From Marsupella aquatica (lineage: Eukaryota > Plantae > Marchantiophyta), in assembly GCA_973895155.1 (NCBI GenBank), contig OZ316897.1, positions 20,463,224 through 20,527,223 of the forward strand: a DNA stretch of 64,000 bases, written 5' to 3'. The translations under genes were made by a program, and so were the position numbers. The notes under the pieces are model-generated. The model was not told the origin of the DNA. It searched no databases and saw nothing but the letters and a program-made list of their open reading frames with translations. This document shows positions 25,796 to 39,806 of the stretch, in pieces (positions within the stretch are counted from its first letter, which is position 1; the number at the start of each line of letters is the position of its first letter).

Positions 25796-26429
25796 CAGAT
25801 TATCGGCCTCTCTTGGTGTCCTTGCTCTTGACCGCCCTAAGGGAACTGTTCAAACGAGTAGCCCCTCACGCCCTGGTCCTCTTTTACCCTGTCCGTGTGG
25901 AGTTTATGTGCTCTGCTCTTATCAACAAATTGAAACCATTAGTTCTCAATAATCGGACCACCCTCTAAGTACCCTGCTAGTACTTCATGGTAATGACAAT
26001 TTGTGTCATCCCAAGGGGAACTGCTTCCTTCATAGTCACTTAAATTGACTACAGCAGGACACACCTTGTGTTTGCATCAGAAGCAGACTGTCATTACCTT
26101 ATACATAAGAGGTAGAATTTGAATCAACTCATGTGACCAATTTTATCAGTGCCAGTTTGCTCAATGATTTCAAGAAAAAACTACTTTTAATGGTTGCTAA
26201 TGGTACCATTAAGGTGCCCACAAATATGGAGCTTGACTTTTTGTTGAAGTTTTTTACTCCAGTAGAAGTCAATGGTGACCCTTCAATTTGTGGAAGTGGG
26301 ACCCTTTAAGATGATCAATCCTTTTGAATTGAAGCACCACATACTGATTCACTTGAAGAGGTTAGACCTTGATGGATGAGCTGTGCTCAACAAGCTTAAT
26401 ATGAGCTACAAGCCCTATGCGAGTGCTTT

Positions 26430-26644
26430 GCACTGTGCAAGGAGGGCAGGCCCATCTTGGAGGCCCATAGGGATTGGCCGGGGGCATTACGGGACAGCGG
26501 GAAGCAAATACGTGATAGGGGTGTACATTTCTCTCATCAATGGTGAGCAAAAACGGTAACGGCTGTGGATCTTTCCCGCCCAGAAGCTTTTTTGTATGGT
26601 GACGAAGGACAAAAAAAAGCGGGATCCCTTATTATAGTTGTAGA
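26430..26644 (-). mobile_element. Possible Helitron 5' end
   Basis: Minus strand begins A|TCTACAACTATAATAAAGGG, resembling plant Helitron 5' termini. The 3' end was not located. Confidence 0.3.
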
Positions 26645-27299
26645 TTAGGCAATGGCCAGAATTTCTAAGCTCCTTAATTCTTTAATGGTTGGGGCTTGGT
26701 TGCTCTAGAGAAGGTCAATCTGCAAGCTAGCTGGTTACCTTGAGTCTTCAGTCCAAAACATCATGGAAAATTTGAAGTTTCTTCTGCAATGGGCATCAGT
26801 TCAAGTGTACATGGTAGCGGCTGGGAGCATCCAATTTCTCAACACATTGTACTTGAATCAAAGTGAATTCATCTTGTCATTGTAATTGATTGGATTGGGC
26901 CTATATAGATGAAAATACAGTAAGATATATTGAGACAATTTGTGGCCAGGGTCAGAAATTTTGAATAGAGAAGTTGAACCCATCAGCTAGAAGTACATCG
27001 GAACCCTGGCCAGGGTCTTGTTTCAAGAGGCGGTGACTGAATGGTTTCCGATCACAAGTTTGTCTGAAGAGTATCTTGACTATATGTACCTCTTTTCTTT
27101 TATTCCTTGGCCGATTTCATTGGCCAGCAGAACGATGTATGCTCAAATCCTTATCAATAAGTAAAGCTCACTAGACTGCCCTTTTTATATAGGATAAAGT
27201 GCTATTGACCAAGCCCTCTTTACATTTTTGTATTCTCTTTTTTATATATTTGTACTACTATTGCAGTAGTCTAAGCTAGTGTCTCTGGAGTGCATAACA

Positions 27300-27450
27300 T
27301 GGCCACTTGAATCTACAACTTTAGCAAGAGTCTAAGTGTGAATGGTGCATACACATATTAAACCCTGGCCACTTGAATCTACAACGTACTTTCTCAAGTA
27401 TCTAAGTGTGGATGGTGTACAAACATATTAATCCCTGCCACTTGAATAAG
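27300..27450. repeat. ~67-bp tandem repeat, about 2.2 copies
   Basis: gccacttgaatctacaac...tctaagtgtg.atggtg...acatatta recurs. Confidence 0.8.
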
Positions 27451-27664
27451 GCACTTGTTAGTCTTGCGTTCTTGTGCTTGCCTCATACCAAGACTGAGGT
27501 GTGAATTCTGCTCACAGTTTCAAACAGAGCCTATCATGACTTACCTTTCTAGTGCAGGCTGCAATGTGGGCTTATCACAAAATCTTGTTCTTGTATTTCT
27601 TGGCTTAGAATTGGTCTCCCAGAAAGTTTCATGCTCTTGACATTGCTTTTGCAAATAAATTTAA

Positions 27665-28442
27665 GGGTGGGCTTTACAAGAAGTTGAGTTGGGGGCAGTT
27701 TCAACTTGTTTCTGGTCTCCAAGATGTGACAAGGGCCATCCATTGGGGAAATGGAGAATGATGCAATTAGCCCTCAACAACTTTGTGGTAGTTCCTTTTT
27801 ATACTGTTGCCGATCCTGCATGAAATAAAGTGTGACCCCAATTTTGCTAATGTGGAGCACATTTTTGTCCCAGTTTTCAGACCGCCTCTTTTGGAGATCT
27901 CTTCATCTGGCCACTTGGTCCATTCTTGTTTGCAGTCTTTTGCAATAAACCACACCTACCGGGCTTCAAAAGCTACAATTACCCGTAGTTATCAAGAAAT
28001 GTAGCTTTTTCCTGAAATTGTGAAGAACACTTGTGAGATAGAGGAGAAAAGTGAGTTGAATGTAGAAAATGGAGAGGTTTTTGACACTTTCTCTTATATA
28101 TGGCCAGTTGTATTATAAAAGTGGATCTACAAGTCCAAAATATCATTTCTGTTTCAAGTTGTGCATTAAAAGTGGACCTTCATCAGTTAGATCTTTGGTA
28201 GTCCTTAGAAGAGCTATAGCCAAAGAACTAAAAGTGGGTTTTGATTGGAGTGGGTCCCAAACTTGTCTCTTAACTTAGTTGAGCACGGCATGCTCCACTT
28301 AGCTTTCCCAGACGTGGGGGCCATAAAAGGATCTCAAAAACTCTTTTAGCCCCTCACACTATCTATAGTATTTCAAATAACCCTCCAGTTTACTTTGGTG
28401 AAAAAAGTTCACAAGTGACCCCATCATCTTGTAAAGCCACCC
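27665..28442. mobile_element. PIF/Harbinger-like MITE (~780 bp)
   Basis: TIRs gggtgggctttacaaga / tcttgtaaagccaccc, flanked by taa / tag. Internal similarity to 51800-52203. Confidence 0.6.
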
Positions 28443-29135
28443 TAGCTTGTAAGTGCAGATTGAAGTACGTACATATCACAGTGCCAAAAGACAAAAATGC
28501 CAAACTAGGAGACACAACCCAGGAAGGGGAAAAGGCGTACTTACACCCTGGATCTCCCTGCCATTATCCCTTACATTCCTTTCCTACTAAGTGTGCCTAC
28601 ACAATCATCCAAGACAACTTAATTTCAATTCAAGACATGAGCACAACTTGCCAAAATATTTGTTTGTAAGTTTGTATCTATTTCAGCACGATTTCATGTA
28701 AAACATCATGCTACTATTGTCCATCAGAGTCAAGGATCTTGGCATTCAAGTTTGGCAGTTTTCGTATTGCTTGTGCTACAAGAATAGGCTTTTAGAATGG
28801 CAGGTACTAATAGTTCAGCTATGCTCCAATCTTCTTATTTATCTTGACAAAGTTGGCACCTAAACTGGAGGATTGTTGTGATTCACACTCACCTCCTTAG
28901 CTTTCTGATCCTACTTCCAGTGCTAGTTTTGAAAATTTCTCATTTCAGGGATCCAATACATTTGGTTTCTTCTTTGTCCCCTTCAAGAAATTTAAGGGTT
29001 GTTGCCTTCATCCAAGTGGTATCATCTAATTGCACAAACATCGAGACAGTCTTCATGAATTGTGTGCACAATTTGGAAAATAGTGTCCATATTACTCGAT
29101 TTTGTGCTTAGTGTGTGATTAGGTACTGTAGCAAA

Positions 29136-29300
29136 GTAATGTCTGTATCACTCGATTGTGTTTCTCGCAAAAGATATTTGGGTTCATGGGATACAATTTT
29201 CACAGAGTAATGTCTGTATTACTCGCAAGCGACATATCCGTTCATGGTATACAATTTTAGTAATGTCTGTATTACTCGCAAGCGACATATCGGTTCATGA
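29136..29300. repeat. Degenerate tandem repeat (gtaatgtctgtattactcgcaagcgacatatc.gttcatg), 3 copies
   Basis: The unit recurs at ~29136, 29207 and 29260. Confidence 0.8.
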
Positions 29301-29708
29301 GATATCTTCACATATTCAATTGCGCTGTGGGGTTTTTTCCACTTCGCTAGACGTTGACTAAGAATTCCTTCACACAGTTCATATGTTAAAATTCGGGATG
29401 AAGAACTGTACTGCTTTTCGTTGTCGTTCAGAAAAAAACATCTAAATATGTTCTGCCTCTAGCTTTCAAGTGACAGTAACGTTCTCAGCGATTCCGTATT
29501 ATAGAGAAAGGTCCATAAGGATGTTTGGGGGAAACAGAGGGAAAGGATGATCAAGAGTCCATTGGTTTTCCACCAAAACGAGAAAGACATATCAGTAGTG
29601 TGTCCCTGACTTACAAATACCACGTTCATATCTGATCCCAACCACAGAGCACATGTAAGAGAAATCTGAAATGAAGCAAGGTCTCTTCAAAGCCCAATCA
29701 CAACCCGA

Positions 29709-29914
29709 TTGAATCAATCGCAACTGAGACACTTGGACAAGATAACAAGACGATGACAACAACCCAAGACCGTCAACAATTTCAGGTCATGTAGGAACTA
29801 GAAAAACATGTTGAATCAATCGCAACTGAGACACTTGGACAAGATAACAAGACGATGACAACAACCCAAGACCGTCAACAATTTCAGGTCATGTTCCTAC
29901 TAGAAAAACATGTT
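29709..29914. repeat. ~102-bp tandem duplication
   Basis: ttgaatcaatcgcaactgagacacttggacaag...ctagaaaaacatgtt present twice; single and diverged in the paralogous block. Confidence 0.9.
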
Positions 29915-30461
29915 CGGGACGCTGAAAACCTTAACAAATCATTACATGATTGTAAGACATGAATTTGGATGAAATGCGAGTACTACAAAGAGGGGAACAA
30001 ACGAACGACAGTCGACAAGTCCAAGGCATCGACTAGGTGAGCGTAAGTGTCAAATTTGAAGTCATTGCAAACTCTGGAGATCGAGCTGAACCATAGAGAT
30101 CATGAGACAACACCAAAGCTGTAGGCAAGAAATATGCTTTAATACTAAGTAAGCCGGCACATGATTCAAGGCATAAGTAGCCCATTCGAGGAAACGACCC
30201 CACTTGAAAAAATAACGAACACCGTGACAATTAACGTGGTTTTAACGGCAACTGAGCTACTGAACTCCCCGCAAACTAAAAGGCCACTCAATGTACAACT
30301 TTACAAAACGATGCCCCTGTCAAACAGGGTAAGAAGGCCGCGGCATCACGTTCTGGACGTTGAGCTGTTGGCATCACCAGAGAGAAGACCATGAAAGTGT
30401 TCCCCTAAAGAGGCAACTCCGGATTACTGTGGAACCTATTTCCTCCAGTGAAAGTCCATCG

Positions 30462-33400
30462 TCACTCGTCTGTCATCGTCACAACTACTTTCCCAGTTGC
30501 ATGTCCCTCAATACTCTTTGCCCACGCGTCTTCAGCCTTGTCCAAAGGATATTTTGAGTCCACAAACGTTTTAATCTTACCTTTAGCCATCAAATCCAGC
30601 ATGTAGTCCAAGTCTCTAGACTTGAAAGACATCAGCAATACCGATCTCTTCTGTTTTGATCCAGTGACCTTCTTGATCAATGAGCTCACCACCGCTGAAG
30701 CGGCAGGGTTCAACTCCTGGACATGTCCAGTTGGAGCCAGCTGCGGCTGAATTACTGACCATTTTACACCACTCGCTCCATTGACCACGACGTCGTACTT
30801 CTTTCCCGACGGACTGATGAGTTTGGCTCCCTCGTCAGTCTTGTAATCCAACACCTCGTCGACTCCGAGTGATTTCAACAGCTCGATGTTCCGTTGCCCA
30901 ACAGTGGCGGTTACATGTGCCCCGCTCAACTTGGCTAGCTGCAAAACAATGTGAAGCCACACAAACTGAGGGAACCACAACACCAAAATCTTCACTTCAA
31001 TTCTGAAGTCCCAACTCACAAACGAATTCGTTTCATGAAGGAATACACATGAACCCAAAAAAGCTACACACTGATATGTGATCCAAAGCGGGCGGATGAG
31101 ATATACCTGAACGGCATACAGCCCAACCCCACCAGCAGCTGCAGTGACCAGAACATTTCCAGTGTAGCTCCCATCAATATTCACCCCTGCAGTTGTAAGA
31201 GCTTGGAGAGCAGTCAAGCCAGCTACGGGAAGACATGCACCATCAATTGCTGAGACTTCGGGGGGCCTTTTCGATGAGTTCTTCGGTGTAGTGATTGCGT
31301 ACTCGGCTAGAGAGCCTCCAGACTGTAAGGTCTCCAGGAACGCGGGACGGGAATTTCAAAAGTCAGATGCTTGATATGAAGTTGGTTTACGTCTTGTGCG
31401 ACGTAAATCTCACCTACATTTTTATGCTCGAAGGCAAGTATTTAAGCAGAAATTTCAAGAACGCGGAATAGGAACCCAAACTTATAACAATTGTTTGTAC
31501 TCACCAGTAAATCAATCCAGCTGACGATTTTTTCTCCAGGTGCGAAGTCTGTCACATCAGACCCGACACTCACCACTTCTCCAGCAACATCAGTTCCTGC
31601 CAACACCGTCCACGCCAGGAGGTCGAATCCTTACATGAATATAAAGATTGGATCCTGTCACCTATCCATAAATGGAGAAGACAACAATACTGACAGACCC
31701 AAATATCACGAAATTTGGTCACACAATCAATTCTGGCCTACCTCGTCCACTTTGCACTTTGGCCAACAGATTATAGAATGCAAAAATAACCTCAACTCAA
31801 TTTAATTCCAATAGTTTATCGGTTAGTACTGATGGTTGCCTTGATTTCGATTGTGCAATGATCAGATTCGGTGATGTTGCAATTAGTAATCGCCGAGAGA
31901 AACATCACAATATGGAGACGGTGAACACAGCTTGTAAGACACCTGTGTAATCAACGAAAGATGATTCTCCTGTCGTGGAAGCTGCTCTCGTCCGTATTCA
32001 CCCAAACAAGAAGTTTACCACCATCTTCTACACAAGGTATCTTCATTCTTCGATATGAGGTCAATTGCAGGGTGAACTGGTGAAGATGGTGACAAAACTT
32101 ACCTGGAATGAAAGGGAACTTTCGAGGTAGAAAGGGTCGCAAGATTCCTTCCTGAATCTTCCAGTCAACTGGGTTCACGCTGGCTGTCTCTACCTTCATC
32201 AGAAGCTCTCCTTTCCTCGGATCGGGAGCGGGTATCGTCACATGCTGCTCAAACGCACAAGACACAAAACCGATCAATCTCCAAACTCAAACCAATTCAG
32301 GGCCTATACTTGTAAATATACCTATGACATGGGCCACGAAGTAACTCCTACGCCATACTGGCAGAACTGTAGCAATCCACCCGGAATATGAAGAGACAAC
32401 TCCTCAAGCGACAAATTTCCCTCTAATCTCTTCACACAAAACAGCCAGACTCGCATAAAATTGGCACTGGAATGGTCGACCACACTCTGCCACCCATCGC
32501 TAGCCGTCTTTAGGTCTTCAAGGAGGGGATCTTTCACGAATTCATGATGGAAAGCAAATTCGGAGTCAATTTTCCCCGATACGATCTGTTTGCGGCGAGG
32601 GAATTGCCCTGCCCCGTGTAACAGATGGGTACAGTCCTCTCATTTGAATTGTACGACAGTCGCCTCTCGCTAATAGTCCTCGCTTCTTCAATAGGAAAAT
32701 CTTCCGGTAATTCCTGAGAATGGAGCAAAACCTACTAGGATAGATATAAGCCAAGCTTTTCCACATCTAACCACGGCAGGTTAGACGACGGGATCGTCTA
32801 TGCCCTGCGTAATGGAAAATTGAAGGCGTCCAAAATGGAGACTGCATATAACAGCCTGAACCTCTTATCCTTTCGAGATACTCAACAGGGTTAAGGCGGA
32901 CATCAGTGTTGGTGATGGCGGGAAGACTCAGGGGGCCTTCCACCAGACCCACAATTCCGGGCACACTCGACTTCGAAGCTTTAGAATATCTCGCCATATC
33001 GCAAGCTGATTTGTGCGATAAGCTCCTCGACTACCCGGAAGAGTGGTACGAGCCGAGTGAGATGCACTTCCTGACCCATCTCTTAGGAGGGTTCTTGAGC
33101 AAGTAGATCACCCAATTCCCATTGAATGCAGACAGATCGAACTGCTATAGAGGACGCCTGGGTGTATATCTACAGCATCCCAATCCTTAGAAATGGATGA
33201 AGTGCAAGACGAGCTCAACAGCAGGAGAGTCATCGTGAGCTTAGCTCCGTGACGCTTCCACACTTCAATTCATAACTAATGAAAGAGATGAATCGATGGA
33301 TAAATGTTTCTCAAGTCAAGGGCTTCAATTCTCAACCCCTTGCTTCGATTCGTCTCGATCACCCATTTCCAGTTCCACCCATATACCATCAAATCTAATG

Positions 33401-33690
33401 CAAACGTGGACAAACTCGAGACCATCAATACACTCCCAGGGATTCCCACATTAGCTCCTCCTTGCTCATTCCCGCCATCCATCACACCCCACAAACCTAT
33501 TTAAAACTCTTTCAACTGCAAGATCTCCGTCTCTCTCTGCGGACTCTTGGGATCATTCCTGCACCACATTTCAGCCAAGCTGCAAGAGACATGCACCGCC
33601 TGCTCACAATGGATTCCTCCCTACCTTGAGACTGCTTGCGCCCCCACCATACTGGGAGTATTGCACCGCTTTCATCACCTCCCCGGCCAT
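30462..33690 (-). CDS. ceQORH: ceQORH-like oxidoreductase, copy 2, 330 aa; exons 33690-33625, 32244-32103, 31596-31505, 31322-31107, 30938-30462
   Basis: Same exon sizes as copy 1 (66/142/92/216, last exon 477). GT-AG introns and an intact frame, MAGEVMKAVQYSQYGGG...GHATGKVVVTMTDE*. Confidence 0.95.
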
Positions 33691-34402
33691 CTTTCGCATG
33701 CACCAGCCCTCCTCTCCGTCCTCCGATCCTTCCTCAAGCTCAACACTGGTCGATCAGCTTCCTGCTCCACGATCGGCACACAAGCTGACAAGCTCCAGTA
33801 GTAAAACCCACAAATGTAGTAGAACAGAAAACGGTGCTCTTCCTCCCTCTCTTCCTTTGCTGTCGATCGTCTCGCAGCTTTCCGTGTCGAGCAATCATCA
33901 AATCCAATCCAGGCACGAAGCTGTAAATGAGCCCCATCAGCAGCTGCCTCCCTCCCTCTACTCCACTGGACCACTCCACTCCACTCCACTCCACTCTACG
34001 GCTCTGTTTCGAAATCTGCCCGCGTTTGATTTTCCGACGCGGATGCGAATCGCTCCTGCCTCCAATTACTTGTCACGGCCACAACTCCCGATCAACTACG
34101 CATGCGCCAGCCGGCGTGCCGACGTTCCAGCAGCGCATCGACGGCGCTACAGTACCGACGGCGCTGCACCGCCCCAGTGCCCCGTGTATAATCCTCCCCT
34201 TTCTCGTAGAGCATTCCCACCGGCGTTTGTTTTGCGGCGACGGTTCACCAAATTCCTCCTCACTGAAAACTCTGCGCCGCTTTTTGAGTGGCGAAAACGT
34301 TTCCAGGTTTTTTTGAAAACTCTTCGCCACTCTTTGGCGGGGCGAACGTTTGTCAGGTGTTTTTTCTTAGGACGTAATAAAAATAATATTAAAAAAAAGG
34401 AA

Positions 34403-34580
34403 GCCTTGCCAAATAATATGTGCTAATCCCCTTCATTTTTGCAATCATCCATGTTTTTCGTATGCAATTTTGTCCTTTTATTAGTTTAAAGCTTTGCCAA
34501 ATAATATGTGCTAATCCCCTTCATCTTTGCCATCATCCCTGTTTTTATTATGCAAGTTTATCAGTTTATTAGTTTTGTCT
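34403..34580. repeat. ~89-bp tandem duplication
   Basis: ttgccaaataatatgtgctaatccccttcat... present twice. Confidence 0.85.
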
Positions 34581-34959
34581 TTATCTAGAGCTAAAGTCTA
34601 GAGGTTTCACTCCAGAAGTCTAAACTTATCTCTAGTTTTTGTTCAGGATTAGTTATATAGATTTTGAAGGGTATTAATAAAAAAAATGTAGCATACTGTT
34701 GCACCCTTTTTTGCCATGGTCGTCAATCACAAAATCTGGTCACACTGTGGTAAAACTAAAATGCTACCATGGAAAAAAAAAAAAGGTCGCACAATTGTCC
34801 AGCTAGGCTTGAAATAAAATGGGACAAACAAACCCCAAAAAAACTGTAACACAATGCACAAGGATCAAGGAGGGTCTATGCAAGGAAGTATTGTATATAG
34901 TCAATTGGGTGATATTGCATAGGTTCATGTAATATTGGTAGCAGTTGAATTGCAAATAC

Positions 34960-35805
34960 TATCTTTCCTGAGGAGGGGGAGTGGGAGGGGAGGGGGAGTG
35001 GGAGGGGTTGCATCCAAATGGACAAAAGGACTGTGGGGAAAGGAGACATGACAAGTGGGACCCATAGTATGCCCATCCGCCTCTTTGAGTGCATTCTATG
35101 CCCAATTGCCTTCCCTTGTACCTTGCCCTTGCCCATGGCCTCCTTGATGTGGGGAGAAGGAAGAGTGAAGGGGGAGGGAGAAGTGAAGGGGGAAGGGGAC
35201 TGTTGCATGACCCTACTTGGACACAACAATCTTTATTGCCTGTTGTATATATTTGTTCACCTTGCCTGCATGACACTTCTTTTCCTCAACAACATCCTCC
35301 ACAACATCTTTTGCACAAGAAATCTTCTATGCGAAGACATCTTTGGCAACATCTTTTCCACATTGACATTGTATGTGCAATGTCATTTGTTTGACATGGA
35401 CATCTTTTGCACAATGACATCTTTTGTGTAGCGAATGGGTATTGAACACAACTGCAATAACTATATGGCCAGGATGACACATAATATGCATCAACAACTA
35501 CCTTGCAAGTTAAAGTCTATATTTTCTTGCCTCTCCTTGACATGTTTTTCTTGTCTCAATATCTTTTTCTCTCCTCAAGATCTTTTCCTCACTTTGACAT
35601 TTTTGCTTATCTTGACATCGTTCTTCTTCTCACTTTGACATCTTCATCTCAACTTGACATCTTTTTCTCATATCAACATCATTTTCTCACCTTGATATCA
35701 TTTTTTCACCTTGACATCTTTTTTTCTCCTCAACATCATTGCTCACCTGGACATCTTTTTTCCTCACCCTGACATTTACTGTGCAACGCAGGGGCATCAG
35801 GCTAG
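34960..35805 (+). mobile_element. Non-autonomous Helitron-like element (3' end defined, 5' end uncertain)
   Basis: Ends gtgcaacgcaggggcatcaggCTAG|T, close to the plant Helitron hairpin-plus-CTAG terminus. Preceded by a degenerate ~21-bp array (ttgacatctttttctcacc, 35540-35775). Confidence 0.55.
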
Positions 35806-38614
35806 TTTTATATAATACCTCCCTTCTTTTGAGGAGAATATTATGGGAAGGACCACAAATCTAGGAATCTAGTATGTTGCATGGCTGAATATTTTCCATT
35901 TTTAACTTCTTTCATGTTTCAACCAAATGCATGTCCTTGTTACAGGAATTGTGAGAATAAAGCCCATATTATTTTATTTTGTTGGTTTGTACACACGTAG
36001 ATTGAGGGGCTTACTCTTAGTGGGGCCCCATGGCATTGTGGACGGCCAATGGGACAAAGAATTTGGCAAAAAAGCCGCACAAAGCACCAATTTGGGTGGG
36101 ACTATGTTCTGTTCTCTATCCCCAAAGGTGAGTGGGGACTTCAGTTGCCATTGCTGCCAATACCGAGTGGTGAATACTGCAACCCAAGGGGATGTTCTAA
36201 TGGTCACACAAGAATGTAATTGTAACCACTTTATATTCATTTTTAGTTCATTTGAGTTATAATTTAAGCACTTAAGCAGGAGGTGGAACTTGAGGTGGAC
36301 ATTTTATGTTACTAGCCAAAAGTCTTGCTATTATGGGCACAACTTTCTCAGCAACCCAGTGTACATACCCAAAGATGAGGCTTCCACTATGCTCACCTTC
36401 AAATGACCCAATTAATAGTTGAAGTCCCCAAATAACTGTTGATGTGTTCCACCTTCCCCATCTTGATTAACAAATTGAGCAAGGGCTACATCTCTTTTCA
36501 CTTCACATTATGGTTTCTTGTCTATTGCAACCTGCTTGTTCTCTGGTTTGAGTTTTGAGGGTATTGTCCCCAGTATTCCAATTTGCACCTCTGGGATTCA
36601 ATTATTTTAGAGGCTAGTTTTAAGTCAAACTGGCAAGGACAGTTCTGTGAGGCAATGAAGGTTCTAAAAGTGATGCAGGATAGTAATCTATGTCCAAAAT
36701 AATTCACAACTCCTTTAAAAGTTTCTTAGAGCATGGGTTTGAATTGCATGGAGGGGTTTGAATTGCATGGAGGGGATTCTCATTGCAATTGGAGTCCATA
36801 ATCATGGCTCCCAGTCACAATCCAAAGGGTAATGTCTATTATTATCGTCAATTTATTCAGTGATCTTTAGAGAACCTAGTGTTAACTAGGTTAGAGGTCA
36901 AAGCCATGGTCAAAATCACTAAAGGAGAAAAAGGGACCAATTTACCAAATTCAAGTAATTGAAGAATGCAAAAGGGGTCCAGAGAGGACACACACTAAAC
37001 TTAAAAGGGTAAGTAACTAAAGCCAAACGGTATCTCAATTCTCTTGTACTGTATTGTAGATGGGACTGCATATCTTCTTGTACATATTGCACGGCCATAG
37101 AGAAAAAACAGGAAACGAGGAGACACCAATTCCCATGGCAGGAGGCCCAATAAAGCGGAGAAACAAGAGAACAATCCCAGGTACACCAAGCCATGAAACC
37201 GAAGAGGCCACAATAAGAGCAAGAGCACTAATGCACTACTTGCTAGCAATCTGCAAATCCTGGTGAAGCTCTGGAGTACATAGAGAGGGTCAGGAAAGGT
37301 GTGTGTATAGACCAGTGTTGGGTCGGTTTAGGGTTTTCCTTATACCAGTGAGATAATAAAAGGTATTGTGGACCTCCCTGGCCTTCAAGGTATGGTATTG
37401 AACTGGTATATAAGGTCCCAGTTTATTTTATGAAACATAGAGGTATATTAGCAAAATCTCCCACTGCCGCACGACAGGCCTACAATTTCCAAGCATTTGG
37501 TACACTTGAGGCTCATAGAGACAAAATGAACGCCAAAGCGACACTAAACTGATAGTCACATAAACAAAGATGAATTGGTAGATAGAAAATGCAACAGATT
37601 ATAGACCGGGTATAGGTATAGAGTTTGGACAAGGCTATACTGGAGTAATAAGGGCATATGTAAAGATATTGTAAATTAAGATTCATAATAACAAATTTTT
37701 ATCCAAAATTTGAACACAAACTCAAATATGCTATCAAGAAAATTCATAATTATCTTTAACCTGCACAGTTTTTATATAAAAAAAATTGGTGTCAATACAA
37801 CATATGCTTTGACTTGAGGGACAGCCCAGGGACAACCTCCATCTAAACTAATAAATGCATTGAGGACCCCCACCAATCAAGCATCAACCAACTCATATTC
37901 ACGAGCATCAATGATATGAATCATCTTCTATACTTTAGCCAAAAAGTCACCAATGTTAGCAATCTCCAAAAACCATGTCCATCTTACAATCATCTGGCCA
38001 ATTCTTGGAGATCCTCACCAACATCTCAAGATTTTCCAACCCAAGCCTATGTCAACTAAGGTTTGTCAACGTACACACCAACAATTGAGAATATGCATTC
38101 TCATTCAATTTGGGAGCTAGGAATGGCAAGGAATTGTGTAGCCAAACATTTAACTAAACGGTAAGTTTTCTCATTGTCCTTCTACCAAGCGAGGGGAACC
38201 ACACCCACGTGAACTTGCCTAAACATATATATCAAACTTGGCCTTGTATTCATGTTGCAATGCATCTTGTGAACATGGACGTTCCCCAAACAAAAATGCA
38301 TGCACAATCATGCATGTACATACCCCAGGAGTAGGATCTAGAGAGTCTCATGCTCCGGCCTCAAAAAGTTACTAGCAGCCATGAGCACTGACACCATGTC
38401 ATGCTCATGGTATAGATTCACAATGATATTACCCCTATCTATTCCCAGGTACTTAATAAGATCCTCCAAATCTATGTCCCTAGTATATAGGATCAAGCAT
38501 CATGCATACCATGTTATGTGCGGCATCGGAGCAATAGCTTGGCAAAACAAAAGGGATGGAGGATTTCCCCAAACCCTTACACCTACTTTAGGTATTTCTT
38601 TATAAATCAATACC

Positions 38615-39806
38615 GAGATATATGCTTGATGGGCCCCCTGGTGAACCTTTCTTACCTGATGGGCCCCTAGGTAACTTTTTTTACCAAGTAGGACCCCTCG
38701 TAATGACCAGTACACCTGTTCTTGTGTGGTGCATACATCTGTCCTTGTGTGGTGCCTACTATGTACAGTGACTCAAGGCAAACTACACAGTTGGACCGTG
38801 CGGCCGACCCTGCATGGTCGACCGAGAAACCACAGAGATTATTTGGGAGAAGCCGTTGATCCTATCGATTGCTGTCAAAACCGTCTCCGTGCTGTCAAAG
38901 CGATTGCTGCTGTCAAAACTGTGATTTGAAGACAATATGCATTATGTCTTTGAATTCAAAATTTGACCTGTTGCGTGATAGTCATTAGGTTTGCTTGTAT
39001 GAGTTTTTTTGTGACTGTTGGACCATGCGGGAGGCCACCCCTGCATGGTCGAAGAAACATGTGGGAGAAACAGGTGAAACCGGGGAGATGATGTGGGAGA
39101 AGTTCTGCAAAAGCTGCCACCGCTGCCCAAACCGTGACTTGAATACAATTCAAATTTTTATCGTAACGCGGGGTAGTCATTAGGTTCGTATTTCACGCGG
39201 TGCACATGGGTTTTTCATGATGTTTTCATGCGCGATTGTCAGTGTCAGTGCAGGGTACCTCCAAATGTCCACAAAGAATATTTAAGTTCAATGTTCGGAA
39301 TTCGCCCACTGCCGCCACAACAGAAATTGGCAAATGATCGACAAATGCGCTCGAAAAATGGTGATACTCCCCTGTGCAATGCATACAAACAGTTTCAAAC
39401 GAAGATAGACCTGAAGGTGTCGGGGTACACCCTAAACCCTAAACCTTGAAACATGGGAAAACATAATACATTGTGTCTTCAAGCATTAACCCATCGAGTC
39501 CTGTGGTAATGGTATTGTTGCCCGTTTCGATGAACAATGGTAGTCAGACTACGATGACCCGCGTGGTGGACTAGGCGCTGTAGACTGCAACAACAAGTGT
39601 GGTGGACTGGGCCTGGGAGCACATTGCACTACGAGGCAATGAGTGTGGTTAACTGTACATAGTAGGCACCACACAAGGACAGGTGTATGCACCGCACAAG
39701 AACAGGTGTACTGGTCATTAAGAGGGGTCCTACTTGGTAAAAAAAGTTACCTAGGGGCCCATCAGGTGAGAAAGGTTCACCTGGGGGCCCATCAAGCATA
39801 TACCTC
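38615..39806. mobile_element. Non-autonomous Mutator-like element (1192 bp), ~155-bp TIRs, 10-bp TSD AATCAATACC
   Basis: TIRs at 38615-38769 and 39652-39806 begin GAG(A/G)TATATGCTTGATGGGCCCC. Perfect TSD at 38605-38614 and 39807-39816. Confidence 0.92.

Noticed and set aside
30462-31217. 251-aa single-exon ORF (and 17667-18164) as stand-alone genes
   Set aside because: They are read-through of ceQORH exons into introns; the spliced models explain them.
11399-33690. Functional cluster of a calmodulin-like gene with calmodulin-regulated ceQORH
   Set aside because: The CML is only a one-EF-hand fragment and proximity alone is no evidence; probably coincidence.
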